Origin: Kiritimatiellia bacterium
GTDB taxonomy: Bacteria; Verrucomicrobiota; Kiritimatiellia; RFP12; JBMNHG01
Length of the DNA stretch: 64,000 nt
Assembly (NCBI GenBank): GCA_050950285.1
Contig: JBMNHG010000008.1
Span: 744,001-808,000, forward strand
Direction of reading: 5' to 3'
This document shows, one piece after another, positions 16,122-26,873 of the stretch. Each line of letters opens with the position of its first letter. Position 1 is the first letter of the stretch. The notes beneath the pieces are model-generated. The model was not told where the DNA came from and did no database searches. It saw only the letters and a program-made list of their open reading frames with translations. The position numbers and the translations under genes are program-made.

Positions 16122-18724
16122 CCCGAAGTTCCAGCGCCGCCCCCCGCGCCGAAGAAGTCCTCCACGCGGGCGAGAAGCCCCTCACGGTCGGGGATCGAGG
16201 CGACGGGGCAGGGGAGGCTGCGGCGGAACCAGCCGCCGTAGCCCTTGGTCGCGATGCGGCTGTCGGCGACGACCACGATGCCACGGTCGTTCCGGTGGCG
16301 GATCAGACGCCCGAATCCCTGGCGGAAGCGGATCACCGCCGACGGGAGCATCAGCGAAGCGAACGAGTTCCGGCCCATGGCGTCGAGCTGTTCGCAGCGG
16401 GCCTCCACCAGCGGGTCGCCCAGCGCGGGGAAGGGCAGGCGCGCCATCACCACGCAGCTCAGGGCGTCGCCCGACACGTCCACCCCCTCCCAGAACGAGT
16501 GTGTGCCGAGCAGCACGCACGAGCCGCCCGCCCGGAAGATGCGCGTGATCTGGTCGCGGGAGCCGCTTTCGCCCTGCACGAGCAGGCGGATGCCGTCGTC
16601 GCGGAGCGGCCCGGCGAGGAGCCGCCCGCACCGCCGCATCATCTCGATGCTCGTGAACAGTCCCAGCATCCTTCCATGCGTGCGGATGGCGAGGTCGCGC
16701 AAGAGTCCGGCGAGTTGCTCGGTGTAGCCGGACACGTCCGGTCCGACGGGCTCGGGGAGGAAGGCCGGCACCATCACGGAACACTGCTTCATGTAGTCGA
16801 AAGGGCTGGGGGAGACGCAGGCAAGAAGGCGCTCGTCCTCGATGTGCCCGAGGCCGAGCCGTCCCGCAAGGAACGAAAACGAATTCGCCATGCGCAGGGT
16901 GGCGGAGCAGAAGACCACGCTGGCCTTCGGCTTGTAGAGCGCCTCCGCCAGGGCTTCGCCCACCTCGAGCGGGGCGGACCAAGCCTCGGCCTCCGCCGTC
17001 CGCCCCCTGCTTTTCTGGACCCAGAAGACGCGCTGCGGGTCGGCCGCCGCCAGCACGGAGGTCACGTCCGAAATGAACTCCTCGATCATCGAGGCGATTC
17101 CTTCGAGCTCGCCGGCTTCGCCTTGGAGGAGCGGGAGTTCGGAGTCCCTGCCGGCCTGGAGACTCGTCGCCAGCGCCAGCAGTTCGCCGGCGATCTGCGC
17201 AAGGTCCTTCTTGAGTTCGTCCGCGGCGGAGAGTATCCGCGGCCAAGGGTCGGCGGCGAAGTCCGTGCCCACGGCGTCGCCGAAGCGCACCTGTTCCTGG
17301 CTGCCGCGGAGCACCTCGGCCAAGGGGTCGAAGAGATTCCGTGCGTTGGCGAGCAGGGCCTCGCCGTGCTCGCGAAGGAGGCGGAGGCTGCGGCGGAGGG
17401 AGCGGGCTTCCTCGTCGCTCCACGCCAGGGTCCGCTTGTCGACGTGCTTCCGCAGCGTCTCGAGCACCCCGCCGGGGCGACGGCGCATGGGGACGATCCC
17501 CCGGAGCAGGAGGCGCAGGCGGAAGCGCGAGAGTTCGGTGGAAAAGTGGCTGGTGGCGGCCTCTTCGAGGTTGTGCGCCTCGTCGAAGACCACCTGCGCG
17601 TATGCCGGGAGAATCGAGCCGGGATGGCCCATGTCGGCGAAGACAAGCGCATGGTTGGCCACGACGACGTCGGCGGCCTGGGCGCGGTTTCGGGCCTTCT
17701 GGGCGAAACAGCGGCGCGCGTGGCGGCAGCTGCGTCCATGGCATTCTTCGCCGGAAGAGCAGAGGTCGGCGGCCATCGAAGCGTCGAAGGCGGCGGAGCC
17801 CACGAGGGCGTCGAGGTCGCCATCGGGCGTGGAGACCGCCCACGAAATCGCGCGGGCGAACTGCCGAAGGCGCGGGCGGTCCATGCCGCCGATGCCGTGG
17901 TCGAGCAGGGCTTCGAGGCGTCGGAGGCAGAGGTAGTTCGATCGTCCCTTGAGCAGGGCCGTGCGCAACGTCCTCTCGCGCCCCTGTGCCTTGGCGAGCG
18001 CGTTGACCACGCGGCGCACCCGGGGCAGATCCTTCTCGACCAGCTGCGTTTGCAGGTTGCGCGTGTTGGTGCTCACCACCACGGCGGCGTCGTTGAGGGA
18101 CGACCACAGCGCGGCGGGGAGCAGGTAGGCGAGGCTCTTCCCCGTTCCGGTCCCGGCCTCGACGAGCAGGTGGCGGCCGGAGTTGAAGGCCTCGGCAACG
18201 GCCTTCGCCATGTCCAGCTGGGCCTTGCGGGGCTCGTATCCGGGGATCGACTCTGCCAGGGCGCCTCCGGAATCGAGCATGGCCGCCACGGCATCGGGGT
18301 CGATGGGCGTGCAGTCCGCCGGGGCGAGCTGCCGGCGTTTCGGGGGCCACGGCCCGTCCGGGGCGAAGGTATCCGCCCAGTCGCCGTGCGGTGCCTTCGC
18401 GCCGGCTTCGGGATCCATCGAGGCGCACACGTCCTCGAGGAGCCCGGCGACGCGCGTGTCGCCCAGTTCGCGGTGGATGGCCAGCACGGTGGAGAGCGCC
18501 CAGCCGGGCCAGTCCTGGAATCGCCTCGCAAGGCAGGCGCAGGCGCGTTCGAGAAGCTGCGCACGGGGCTCGTCCGTTCCTGCGGGCGGCGCAAGGAGGG
18601 GCTTTCCGCCCGCGGACAATTCCGCCGTCATCTCGTGGATCGTCTCCGCCGTGGAGGCGGGGAAGGCGAGACGGAAGAGCTCCTCGAAGAACTCTTCGCC
18701 AGGCGTAGGCGATGGGGCGGACAT
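16118..18724 (-). CDS. dinG: DinG/YoaA family ATP-dependent helicase
   Basis: Q motif YEPRKAQ, Walker A EAGTGTGKS, KGRSNYLC Fe-S cysteines, DEAH, SATL, FWEGVD and QGFGRLIR. Confidence 0.92.
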   Translation of the reverse strand: MSAPSPTPGEEFFEELFRLAFPASTAETIHEMTAELSAGGKPLLAPPAGTDEPRAQLLERACACLARRFQDWPGWALSTVLAIHRELGDTRVAGLLEDVCASMDPEAGAKAPHGDWADTFAPDGPWPPKRRQLAPADCTPIDPDAVAAMLDSGGALAESIPGYEPRKAQLDMAKAVAEAFNSGRHLLVEAGTGTGKSLAYLLPAALWSSLNDAAVVVSTNTRNLQTQLVEKDLPRVRRVVNALAKAQGRERTLRTALLKGRSNYLCLRRLEALLDHGIGGMDRPRLRQFARAISWAVSTPDGDLDALVGSAAFDASMAADLCSSGEECHGRSCRHARRCFAQKARNRAQAADVVVANHALVFADMGHPGSILPAYAQVVFDEAHNLEEAATSHFSTELSRFRLRLLLRGIVPMRRRPGGVLETLRKHVDKRTLAWSDEEARSLRRSLRLLREHGEALLANARNLFDPLAEVLRGSQEQVRFGDAVGTDFAADPWPRILSAADELKKDLAQIAGELLALATSLQAGRDSELPLLQGEAGELEGIASMIEEFISDVTSVLAAADPQRVFWVQKSRGRTAEAEAWSAPLEVGEALAEALYKPKASVVFCSATLRMANSFSFLAGRLGLGHIEDERLLACVSPSPFDYMKQCSVMVPAFLPEPVGPDVSGYTEQLAGLLRDLAIRTHGRMLGLFTSIEMMRRCGRLLAGPLRDDGIRLLVQGESGSRDQITRIFRAGGSCVLLGTHSFWEGVDVSGDALSCVVMARLPFPALGDPLVEARCEQLDAMGRNSFASLMLPSAVIRFRQGFGRLIRHRNDRGIVVVADSRIATKGYGGWFRRSLPCPVASIPDREGLLARVEDFFGAGGGAGTSG

Positions 18725-18734
18725 GGAGGCGGGG

Positions 18735-21700
18735 CTATTCCCAGACGAGCTTGCCCCAGAAGCCGGGCTGGAGCTGGGCTTCGGAGGGGACGTCTGCGGT
18801 GATGCCTGTGGATTTGTTGCTCCAGTAGAGGCGTGCGGAGGTGGTGGAGCCGTCGCCGCGGAGGACGCCGATGTCCGCCGCCTGCGCCTGGCCGGCCTTC
18901 GGCGTGATGCCGAGCACGGCGAGCGGCACGGAGAGTTCGAAGGCGCCGCGGCCGTTGTCCGCCAGCTCGATCCGATCGCCCACGTCCTCGACGCGGTCGA
19001 AGGTGATGGTGCGCCAAGGCGAACTGAAGGGCACCTTGGCGTCGTCGGGCGTGCCGGGGACCACGGCGGTGTAGAGCAGGGCGCGGACGGTGTCGCCCAC
19101 GCGCGTCACGAGCAGGCGCTTGTCGCCGGGGACGGGTTCGGTGCGGTTCGGGTCGGCCTCGGGGTCGGCCGCGATCATGAGGTCCAGGGCGCCGCCGGTC
19201 TTGAAGAGCGCGTTCGGCATTTCGCCCGAGTTGCGGAGCAGGTGGCGCTCGGCGGTGTCCCACGCCGCGTAGAGGCGGTCGCCGGAGGCGGCCACGGCGC
19301 CGAGGATGTGGTAGGGGCGGGAGTCGGAGTTGAAGTTCGCGCCCATGCCGGCCTTGACGATTTCGACGAACGAGGCGCCCTGCCAGTCGGCGAGGTCGCC
19401 ATCGACGGCGGGAGCGGTGTCGAGGATGCGCGCGCGCATCACGCCCGAGCCCTGCGCGGCGCGGCGGAGGGCCTCGCGCCGGTTCTCGAATTCGATCGAC
19501 GCCTGGATCCGTTCGGGCGTGACCTCCACGGTGAAGGGCTTGATCGGGCGGAGGGTCTCGAGGCCGTCAAGCCGCACGATGCATCCGCTGTTCACGATGT
19601 AGGTCCGGCCGTTGGGGAGGCAGGTGAGCGAAGGCCAGAAGTTCTCGTCGTGCAACGAGAGGTGGCCCACGGGCATCCCGCGTTCGGCGGTGGGCATGCG
19701 CCACAGCGGCGCGGTGCGGACGTCGTGGAAGACGGTCGTCACGAACAGGCCGTCCCGCGTGAGGATGTAGAAGTTGCCCATGTTGGCGTTGACCGCCCAG
19801 AGCGGGCCGACCTTCGACTTCTTCGGCTCGAAGAAGCCGTTCATCATGCGGGTGACGCCGATCAGCTGCCCGGGCGCGGTGGGGACGTCGCAGTTGTGCG
19901 AGGCGTGGAGGCCAGGCCAGGGGTTGGGGATGGACCAGACGGCCTTGCCGTCCTTCACGCCGGTCACGGAGTAGGGGCTGAAGGGCTGCACGCCAAGGGT
20001 GACGACCGCCTCGTCGGAGTCGTCGCAGAGCATCTGCCCGCCGCCGGAGGAGTAGGCCCAGTAGACGTTGGTGGCGACGGTTTCGAGGTCTTCGAGCGAA
20101 TAGTCGGGCACGCCCGCCCGGTCGATGGATCGGGGGCGCAGGCGGTAGGCGGTCGAGTCGATGCGCGAGATGGCGAAGGAGAGATCTTCCATCACGTTGA
20201 CGCCTTGGACGCCGCCGCGACGCATCTGGATTTCCCCGGGCTGGACGTCGGCGTCGCCGTTCCGGTCCACCCACAGGAAGAAGGCCGGCACCTGGAAGCT
20301 GCGGTCGGGCTCGGTGGTCGAGTCGTCGCGGGGAGGCCAGCAATCGGCGAAGGTTTCGTTCTTGAGGAGGTACCCCCAGTTCGCATTGCCGAAGGCCGCG
20401 ATGGGCACGGCGATGCCATCGCGCTCCTGGAAGAGCACCACGGAGGGGCTTCCGGCGACGGGGCTGGAGTTGTAGGTGTTCGAGTAGTAGCGGCGGCGCT
20501 TGCGGGTGAAGACATGCTCGGGGGCGGCGCAGCCGATGCGGTGGACGAGGTCGTTCGGGACGGCGCGATAGGGCACGTTCACGAGCCGGCTTCCGCCGGT
20601 CTTCCAGTCGATGTCGAACTCGAGCGTGCCGCGGTTCTCGTCCGCGTAGACGAAGCGATTCGCGTTGTCCATGGCGAGGGAGCCGCCTCCGCCGTACTTG
20701 GCAGGGCCGTAGACGGCCTTTTGGAGGCTTCCGTCCGGGATGGACCACACGCTGACGCGCTTGGGCACGTAGTCGCATTCGGCGACCCACAGCTGGCCCT
20801 CGGAATCGACCGCAAGGCCGGCGGGGCAGTTCATGTGGAGTTCGTCGTAGGGGCCGGCCGCCGGGGCGCCGGCGTGGCCGAAGACGCGGCCGGGCGTCCC
20901 GTCCTTCGCGAAGGATTTCACCTGGTGCGAGTCGCCCCAGTCGCTCACGTAGAAGGCGCCGTCCGGACCCGTCGCGAGGTACTGCGGATCGGCGAAGCCG
21001 CCCGCCACCACGACGTCGGCCTTCGCGCCGGCGAGCGCCCCGTCCGCGGCGGGCGCGACGCGCACGACCCGGTTGCCGGCCACGACCAGCAGCGTGCCGT
21101 CCGCCTCCATCGCGAGACCGCGCGGCGACGGCAGGCCGAGGAAGTCGGCGACGGCGCCGGAGGCGTCCACGCGCGCCACGACGTCGAGGGCCGGCACGCT
21201 CACGTAGACGTTCCGGTTCCACGCCGCGATGGATCCGAGGTCGAAGCGGTTCGTAGGCGCACGGTCCGCGGCAAGGAAGGGATTGAAGGGCCCGTTGAAG
21301 ACCCCCGCGGCGTCGAGCCAGCCCCGGCCGTTGTTCCGGAGCGCGGTGAGGCGCAGTTCGGTGGGGTTCGTCCCTTCCGTCCAGGCCGCCGCCGCGTAGA
21401 CGCTGATGCCGGGATCGGCCTCGGGTCCGGCGTCGTGGGCGAGGAAGGGGGCCGCCGTCCAGTGGCCGCCGAGCCACTTGAGGCCGCCGCGCTTGGTGGC
21501 GTCGAGGTCGGTCCAGATGAGTCCATCCGGCCCTTCGGTGACATAGGCGCCGAGGAAGACGGCGGGCGCGGCGGTGGGCGAACGCCCGGCGGGGACGAAG
21601 GCGGCGGACTGCGGGGCGGAGTGGTTGGCAAGCCACGCTCCCGTGTGGTCCGGGACATCCCACGGCGGGTTGCCGGGGGCGTAGACGGCGAACTCGTAGC

Positions 21701-23069
21701 GGGCGTCGATCGCGGCGTGCCACAGGCCGCGCACGCGATAGGTCCCCGGTTCGACGAAGCGGGTGGGGATGTGCCAGAGGCCGTGGTTCTGGGCGTCTTC
21801 GTCGCGCAGCAGGTCGTCGGAGCCGTCCCACCAGGCGACGTTGCGCCCCTTCGGGAACGGGGCGTCGGAGACGAGGTTGCGGACGCGCGTGCCATCTTCC
21901 TTTTCGATGACCAGGGTGACGAATCCGTCGGCGGGGGTCGTAAATTCGACGGGGATGGGGGGATGGATGTCGTCGGGCTTCTCGAAGGCGGGCGCCGCGA
22001 GCGGGGCGTCGCCCAAATCGTGCAGGGCGAAGAGTTCGCCGAGCCACACGCGCTTGCCGTCAACGGTGTTGTCCATCACGTGGGGGTGGCCCACGGGCGT
22101 GGGCCCGGTGAGGCGCAGGCGGACGGCGCGTGTGGTGGCGGCGGATTCGAAGCCGGCGATGCAGGGCCAGAGCTGCACGGGGTAGCCGCTTTGGAAGCCC
22201 TCTGCGGCGGCGACGCTCTTCCATCCGGCATCGGACGCGTCGAGCGGGTGGAGGGATTCGGGGCCGGCGTAGACCTGGACGTCCGCGCTTCCGAAGCCCG
22301 TCCAAACGGTCAGGATGGCGTCGAGGGGGATTTCCGAAGGCCAGTAGGCGACGAGCCATTCGGGATCCTCCGAGACGGGCAGGCGGTTCCCGGCCTGTTC
22401 GCGGTTGGCGTTCTCCCAGGCGTTCCAGGAATTGTCGCACCCGTCGAGGATGCGTCCGGCCATGCTGTTGTTCGACTTCGCGGCGGCGGTGGCGACACGG
22501 GAGAAGTTCGCCCACCGTTCGGAGAAGGCCATCGAGATGCCGAGGGCGCCGTGGTATTCGTTCGCGCCGGAGGCCGCCTCGTGCGTGTAGCGGATGGCGC
22601 GGGTGGAGATCACGGAGGGGAGCGTCCAGAGCGTGACGGCGTCGCGCGCGCCCGGCTCGTCGCTGGTCGTTCCGCCGACGTCCAGGCGCCCGGCGGGAAT
22701 CCACTGCGTCTCGTCGGCGAGGTCGCCGGGATAGGCGGCGTCCGGCTTCAGCACGCTCACGCGAAGCGCGCCGCGCGCCAGCACCGAGCCGATGTCAACG
22801 GGCTCCTTGAAGGCCACGCGCAGATGGCGGGTGCCGGGCGTCTTCGATCCGGCGAAGGCGATGCCGGCCCATTCGGGCATCCGCTCGCGGGTCCAGATGG
22901 CGTTGCGGGGTTCGTTCGGGATGGTGCGTTCGCGGGGTTCCGCGCCCGGATCCCATTCGCAGAAGGCCTCGGGATCGAGGTTGTCGATCGAGACGGGGTT
23001 CGTGAAATCGGCGGCGGCCGCGACGGCGGCACAGACGGCCGCGAGAAGAAGCGCGAAGGTCTTTTTCAT
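18735..23069 (-). CDS. Large secreted protein (1444 aa): discoidin-like domains, FlgD-like Ig domain, NHL/beta-propeller repeats, C-terminal CBM9-like domain
   Basis: Signal peptide; VTLVIEKEDGTRVRNL...WWDGSDD (FlgD-Ig type); PRGLAM/PQYLAT/PAGLAVD repeats; PAVDGDLADW...FELSVPLAVLG. Confidence 0.7.
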   Translation of the reverse strand: MKKTFALLLAAVCAAVAAAADFTNPVSIDNLDPEAFCEWDPGAEPRERTIPNEPRNAIWTRERMPEWAGIAFAGSKTPGTRHLRVAFKEPVDIGSVLARGALRVSVLKPDAAYPGDLADETQWIPAGRLDVGGTTSDEPGARDAVTLWTLPSVISTRAIRYTHEAASGANEYHGALGISMAFSERWANFSRVATAAAKSNNSMAGRILDGCDNSWNAWENANREQAGNRLPVSEDPEWLVAYWPSEIPLDAILTVWTGFGSADVQVYAGPESLHPLDASDAGWKSVAAAEGFQSGYPVQLWPCIAGFESAATTRAVRLRLTGPTPVGHPHVMDNTVDGKRVWLGELFALHDLGDAPLAAPAFEKPDDIHPPIPVEFTTPADGFVTLVIEKEDGTRVRNLVSDAPFPKGRNVAWWDGSDDLLRDEDAQNHGLWHIPTRFVEPGTYRVRGLWHAAIDARYEFAVYAPGNPPWDVPDHTGAWLANHSAPQSAAFVPAGRSPTAAPAVFLGAYVTEGPDGLIWTDLDATKRGGLKWLGGHWTAAPFLAHDAGPEADPGISVYAAAAWTEGTNPTELRLTALRNNGRGWLDAAGVFNGPFNPFLAADRAPTNRFDLGSIAAWNRNVYVSVPALDVVARVDASGAVADFLGLPSPRGLAMEADGTLLVVAGNRVVRVAPAADGALAGAKADVVVAGGFADPQYLATGPDGAFYVSDWGDSHQVKSFAKDGTPGRVFGHAGAPAAGPYDELHMNCPAGLAVDSEGQLWVAECDYVPKRVSVWSIPDGSLQKAVYGPAKYGGGGSLAMDNANRFVYADENRGTLEFDIDWKTGGSRLVNVPYRAVPNDLVHRIGCAAPEHVFTRKRRRYYSNTYNSSPVAGSPSVVLFQERDGIAVPIAAFGNANWGYLLKNETFADCWPPRDDSTTEPDRSFQVPAFFLWVDRNGDADVQPGEIQMRRGGVQGVNVMEDLSFAISRIDSTAYRLRPRSIDRAGVPDYSLEDLETVATNVYWAYSSGGGQMLCDDSDEAVVTLGVQPFSPYSVTGVKDGKAVWSIPNPWPGLHASHNCDVPTAPGQLIGVTRMMNGFFEPKKSKVGPLWAVNANMGNFYILTRDGLFVTTVFHDVRTAPLWRMPTAERGMPVGHLSLHDENFWPSLTCLPNGRTYIVNSGCIVRLDGLETLRPIKPFTVEVTPERIQASIEFENRREALRRAAQGSGVMRARILDTAPAVDGDLADWQGASFVEIVKAGMGANFNSDSRPYHILGAVAASGDRLYAAWDTAERHLLRNSGEMPNALFKTGGALDLMIAADPEADPNRTEPVPGDKRLLVTRVGDTVRALLYTAVVPGTPDDAKVPFSSPWRTITFDRVEDVGDRIELADNGRGAFELSVPLAVLGITPKAGQAQAADIGVLRGDGSTTSARLYWSNKSTGITADVPSEAQLQPGFWGKLVWE

Positions 23070-23105
23070 GATGGAAACGAAGGTATCAAACCCCGCTTCC
23101 CGCCG

Positions 23106-24365
23106 TCAATCGCAGGCGTTCCGCCGGGATGAAAATTTTCCGGGGCCGGGACAGGCGGATCCGATTTCCACGATGGCGCGAAGCCAGGTGGCGAGGGTTT
23201 CGCGGTCGGCGGGCGAGAGGGCGCGGACGGCGTCCACATGCGTCCCTTCGATGGCCAGAAGGCGTTCGAGGGCGGCGGCGGCGGCATCGGAGACCGCGAC
23301 TTCGGACCGTCGTTCGAGGCGTTCCGCCAGGCGATCGGCAAAGGCCGGGGCCTCTTCGAGGAAGTTGCGTTGCGAGGCGAGGGCGTCGGAGCCGGGCGCC
23401 TGCGTCGCGAGCACGTCCGCCGAAAGGGCGACCTTCTCGCGAAGGCGCCCGATCCACCGGGCGCGCTCCTCCAGGCATTCGCCCAGGCGGGCGAGCGCGC
23501 CTTCGAGGCAGGCCGCGCCGTGGGGCGTGGCGCGGAGGCGCGGAGCGCGCGCGAGGCGGTACCAGGCATCGAGGGCGAGGAGGTTGCCGATGTAGGCGAA
23601 GTTGTTGGCGGCGAGACGGTCCACCTTGCCGTACACGCGCATGTCGTACGGCCGGGCACACTCGGCGACGGGCCGCGGCACCACCATGAGGTCGGGCTCG
23701 AGGACGTCCTGCCGGCAGATCTGGCCGGCGGGCAGCACCGTGCCGAACTCGAGGCGCGAAGGGCCCACGAGCCCCCCCTGGCCGCCGAGGAAGATGGGGG
23801 GGCGGTCGAGCATCACGCCGCGCGGCACATCGCCCAGCAGCGAGGGCGTCGCCTTGTCGCCATGCGGCGTGAAATTGAAGTGGATGTAGGAGGAGCCGAC
23901 CTCCGAGTGATCCTTGCGCGAAGTGCCGCCCGCCATCAGGCAGTCGCAGAAGTTCGCGAGGCTTCCCATCGTCACGAAGGGCAGCAGGAGGGTCTGCTTG
24001 AGGCCGACGCAATGGCCGAAGGCCACCTCCTCCTCCAGCAGGGTTCCGGGGCGCACGTGCGCGCCCACGCCTCCGTCGACACCGTCGAGAAGCGTGGCGT
24101 GATCAAACGATCCGCCCCGCAGGCGCACCTTCGCGCCCAGCTGGCAGTCGCGCAACGTGAGCGGGCCCTCTTCGCCCAGGATGCACCCGGGGCCCACCGA
24201 GAGGGTCTTTCCGGAGAAGCGGCAGCCCGGATGGATCACGGTGCCTTCGCCAAAGCGGGACGGATCGATGGATTCGTCGAACCAGGTGGACGCTGGATCC
24301 AGCACCCGCACGCCTCGTGCGGAAAGGGCGTCTGCGATGTGGCATCGTGGAGAGGAGTCGCGCAT
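23106..24365 (-). CDS. GlmU-related left-handed beta-helix (hexapeptide) protein
   Basis: GVRVLDPASTW, AHVRPGTLLEE, VGLKQT, GSLANFCDCL and IHFNF resemble the GlmU acetyltransferase region. No N-terminal nucleotidyltransferase motif is visible. Confidence 0.7.
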   Translation of the reverse strand: MRDSSPRCHIADALSARGVRVLDPASTWFDESIDPSRFGEGTVIHPGCRFSGKTLSVGPGCILGEEGPLTLRDCQLGAKVRLRGGSFDHATLLDGVDGGVGAHVRPGTLLEEEVAFGHCVGLKQTLLLPFVTMGSLANFCDCLMAGGTSRKDHSEVGSSYIHFNFTPHGDKATPSLLGDVPRGVMLDRPPIFLGGQGGLVGPSRLEFGTVLPAGQICRQDVLEPDLMVVPRPVAECARPYDMRVYGKVDRLAANNFAYIGNLLALDAWYRLARAPRLRATPHGAACLEGALARLGECLEERARWIGRLREKVALSADVLATQAPGSDALASQRNFLEEAPAFADRLAERLERRSEVAVSDAAAAALERLLAIEGTHVDAVRALSPADRETLATWLRAIVEIGSACPGPGKFSSRRNACD

Positions 24366-24417
24366 GGGAAGCTCCGGTTTCAAGGGGGTGTATCCGGGAC
24401 AGGGGCGGGGGGATGGG

Positions 24418-25443
24418 TCATGGCGCCTCGACGCCCATGGCCACGAGAGCCTCCTCCGCTCCGTCCACGAGGGACAAGGAGAGATGGTTGTGGTTGTAGC
24501 GTCCGGTCCGGACGAGGGTCTCCAGCAGCGGGAAGACCGGCACCGTTTCGGTCCAGAAGGTTTTCCCCACGAAGACCATGGGGCTGGGGAAGCCCAGGGT
24601 GACGTAGTGGTTCTGCACCGCCTCCTGGAAGATTTCCTGGAGGGTTCCGGGACCTCCCGGCAGGAAGAGGGTGCCGCCGTACGCCTCCGTCAGCAGGAGA
24701 TCTTCGCGAAGGCTGTTTTCGAAGAACTTCGCGATGTGGGTGGCGAACGGCGTGGAGGGTTCGTTGTCGAAATGCCAGGTGGGGAAGGAGAGGCTGGCGA
24801 ATCCGTGCTCCTGGGGGAAGCGCTCGATCACTTCGAAGGCGGTGGAGAGCCAGTATCCGGAATGGTGGTCGCGCGCCGGCGCGAGGATCGAAAGCGCATC
24901 GTCCATGGCCGAATCGCCGCGCCCGGCCAACCAGGCCCCCAGGTGTGTCGCCTCCATGGCGCCGGGGCCGCCGCCGCTGAGCATCAAGCGTCCCCGTTCG
25001 GCCAGCCGCTTGGACACCTCCACGACGAGACGGTAGCAGGGGTCGGTGCGCTGTAGCGCATGCCCGCCCAGGATGGCGACGACTCGGGAGGGATCGAAGT
25101 CCGCGAGGAAGCGGGTCATGGCCTGGCGGATGTGGAAATCATGCTCCGTCCGTGCCCACAGCTCTTCGGTGGGGGCCTTGAGGCCGCCCGATTCCTGCAT
25201 GTGGCGCGCGATGCGTGAATCCAGGCACTGCTCGAGGCTGGCCGGATTCCGGCGGTCGAACGCATCGAACAGCTCGCCGGCCGAATACAGGCGGTCGCGG
25301 CGGCGCTGAAAGGGGAAGAGCATCTCTTCCGACGCGCAAGCATCCCGGTTCGCCGTCCCCGTGTCATCGCCATTGGATTGACAAATCGCGGGACAACGGG
25401 GATGTCCTTTCCCGCGATCGAATGTTGTACGACACCTTCCCAT
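24418..25443 (-). CDS. LOG family (Rossmann-fold) nucleotide-binding protein
   Basis: SGGGPGAMEA and LPGGPGTLQEIF motifs; the start may instead be ATG 25323. Confidence 0.82.
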   Translation of the reverse strand: MGRCRTTFDRGKGHPRCPAICQSNGDDTGTANRDACASEEMLFPFQRRRDRLYSAGELFDAFDRRNPASLEQCLDSRIARHMQESGGLKAPTEELWARTEHDFHIRQAMTRFLADFDPSRVVAILGGHALQRTDPCYRLVVEVSKRLAERGRLMLSGGGPGAMEATHLGAWLAGRGDSAMDDALSILAPARDHHSGYWLSTAFEVIERFPQEHGFASLSFPTWHFDNEPSTPFATHIAKFFENSLREDLLLTEAYGGTLFLPGGPGTLQEIFQEAVQNHYVTLGFPSPMVFVGKTFWTETVPVFPLLETLVRTGRYNHNHLSLSLVDGAEEALVAMGVEAP

Positions 25444-25604
25444 AAGGGCGCGATTCTCGCACAAAGCGCGATTTGTCGTCAACGCCAATGGCAATCGCGC
25501 AGTTGGTTTGGTGGGGGGCGTGCGCATCGGCGGGCTTGTGCTGCGACCGCGGACGGGGTAACGTATCCTGCGTTTCGCCATGGGCGAACAGAGAGGAGCT
25601 GGCG

Positions 25605-26873
25605 GTGAAAGCGAAACGAATGGGCGAGAAGGGGCGCGAGGTGCGGATCGGCATCGTGGGCGTCGGCGGGCGCGGCTATGGGCAGATGCTGACCCTGCTG
25701 GATATGCCGGACGTGCGCGTCGCCGCCGTGTGCGACGTCTATCCCGACCGCGTGGAGCGCGCGCGGAAGGGCGCGGAAGAGAAACAGGGATTTAAGCCGG
25801 ACGGTTTCGCCGACTACCGCGAGCTGGTCTGTCGCGACGACCTCGAGGCGGTCGTGATCCTGACCTCCTGGCAGACGCACGTGCAGATCGCCGTGGATGC
25901 CATGCTGTGCGGCAAGACCGTGGCGATGGAGGTCGGCGGTGCGGCCTCGGTCGAGGAGTGCTGGCAGTTGGTGCGCACCAGCGAGGCGACCGGCAAGCCC
26001 TGCATGCTGCTGGAGAACTGCTGCTACGGCCTCGAGGAAATGGCCCTGCTCAACATGGTGCGGCAGGGGCTCTTCGGCGAACTGGTCCACTGCCGGGGCG
26101 GCTACCAGCACGACCTGCGCGAGGAGATCGGCATGGGGGATGTCAACCGGCACTACCGGCTCGACAACTTCCTGCACCGCAATGGCGAACTCTACCCCAC
26201 GCACGAGCTGGGGCCGATCGCCAAATACCTCGGCCTGAACCGCGGGAACCGCATGCTCGCGCTGGCCAGCATGGCCTCGAAGGCCGTCGGCCTCAAGGCC
26301 TGGCTCCGCGAACACCGCCCCGACTCGCCGCTGGCCGGCAGGCAGGTCAACCAGGGCGACATCGTCACCACGATGATCTCCTGCGCCAACGGCGAGACGA
26401 TCCTCCTGACGCACGACTGCACGCTGCCGCGCCCCTACTCGCGCGGCGGACGCATCCAGGGCACGCGCGGCATCTGGATGGAGGACAACCGCAGCATCTG
26501 CCTCGAAGGCCGCTCGCCGGCCCATGCCGGCGAATGGACGCACCGCTGGGAGTCCGACAAGGAGTACATCGAGAAATACAAGCATCCGCTCTGGAAGGCC
26601 TATGAGGAGTACGGGCTGCGCGGCGGCCATGGGGGCATGGACTACCTCGTGCTGCGCGCCTTCATCGAGAGCGTGCAGGAGGGCAGGCAGACCCCGATCG
26701 ACGTCTACGACGCCGCCTCCTGGATGGTGATCACCGCACTGAGCGAGCAGTCGGTGGCCCTGGGCGGACAACCGGTTCCGGTGCCCGACTTCACCCATGG
26801 CGCCTGGATCAACCGCGGCGCGCCGGATACGGGCATGTATTCGCTGGATGCCATTGGCGGCACATCGGCCTAG
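25605..26873 (+). CDS. Gfo/Idh/MocA oxidoreductase, GH109 (alpha-N-acetylgalactosaminidase)-like
   Basis: GIVGVGGRG, MLLENCCY, LYPTHELGP, GGHGGMDY and DVYDAASW; SD GAGGAG before GTG 25605. Confidence 0.88.
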   Translation: MKAKRMGEKGREVRIGIVGVGGRGYGQMLTLLDMPDVRVAAVCDVYPDRVERARKGAEEKQGFKPDGFADYRELVCRDDLEAVVILTSWQTHVQIAVDAMLCGKTVAMEVGGAASVEECWQLVRTSEATGKPCMLLENCCYGLEEMALLNMVRQGLFGELVHCRGGYQHDLREEIGMGDVNRHYRLDNFLHRNGELYPTHELGPIAKYLGLNRGNRMLALASMASKAVGLKAWLREHRPDSPLAGRQVNQGDIVTTMISCANGETILLTHDCTLPRPYSRGGRIQGTRGIWMEDNRSICLEGRSPAHAGEWTHRWESDKEYIEKYKHPLWKAYEEYGLRGGHGGMDYLVLRAFIESVQEGRQTPIDVYDAASWMVITALSEQSVALGGQPVPVPDFTHGAWINRGAPDTGMYSLDAIGGTSA

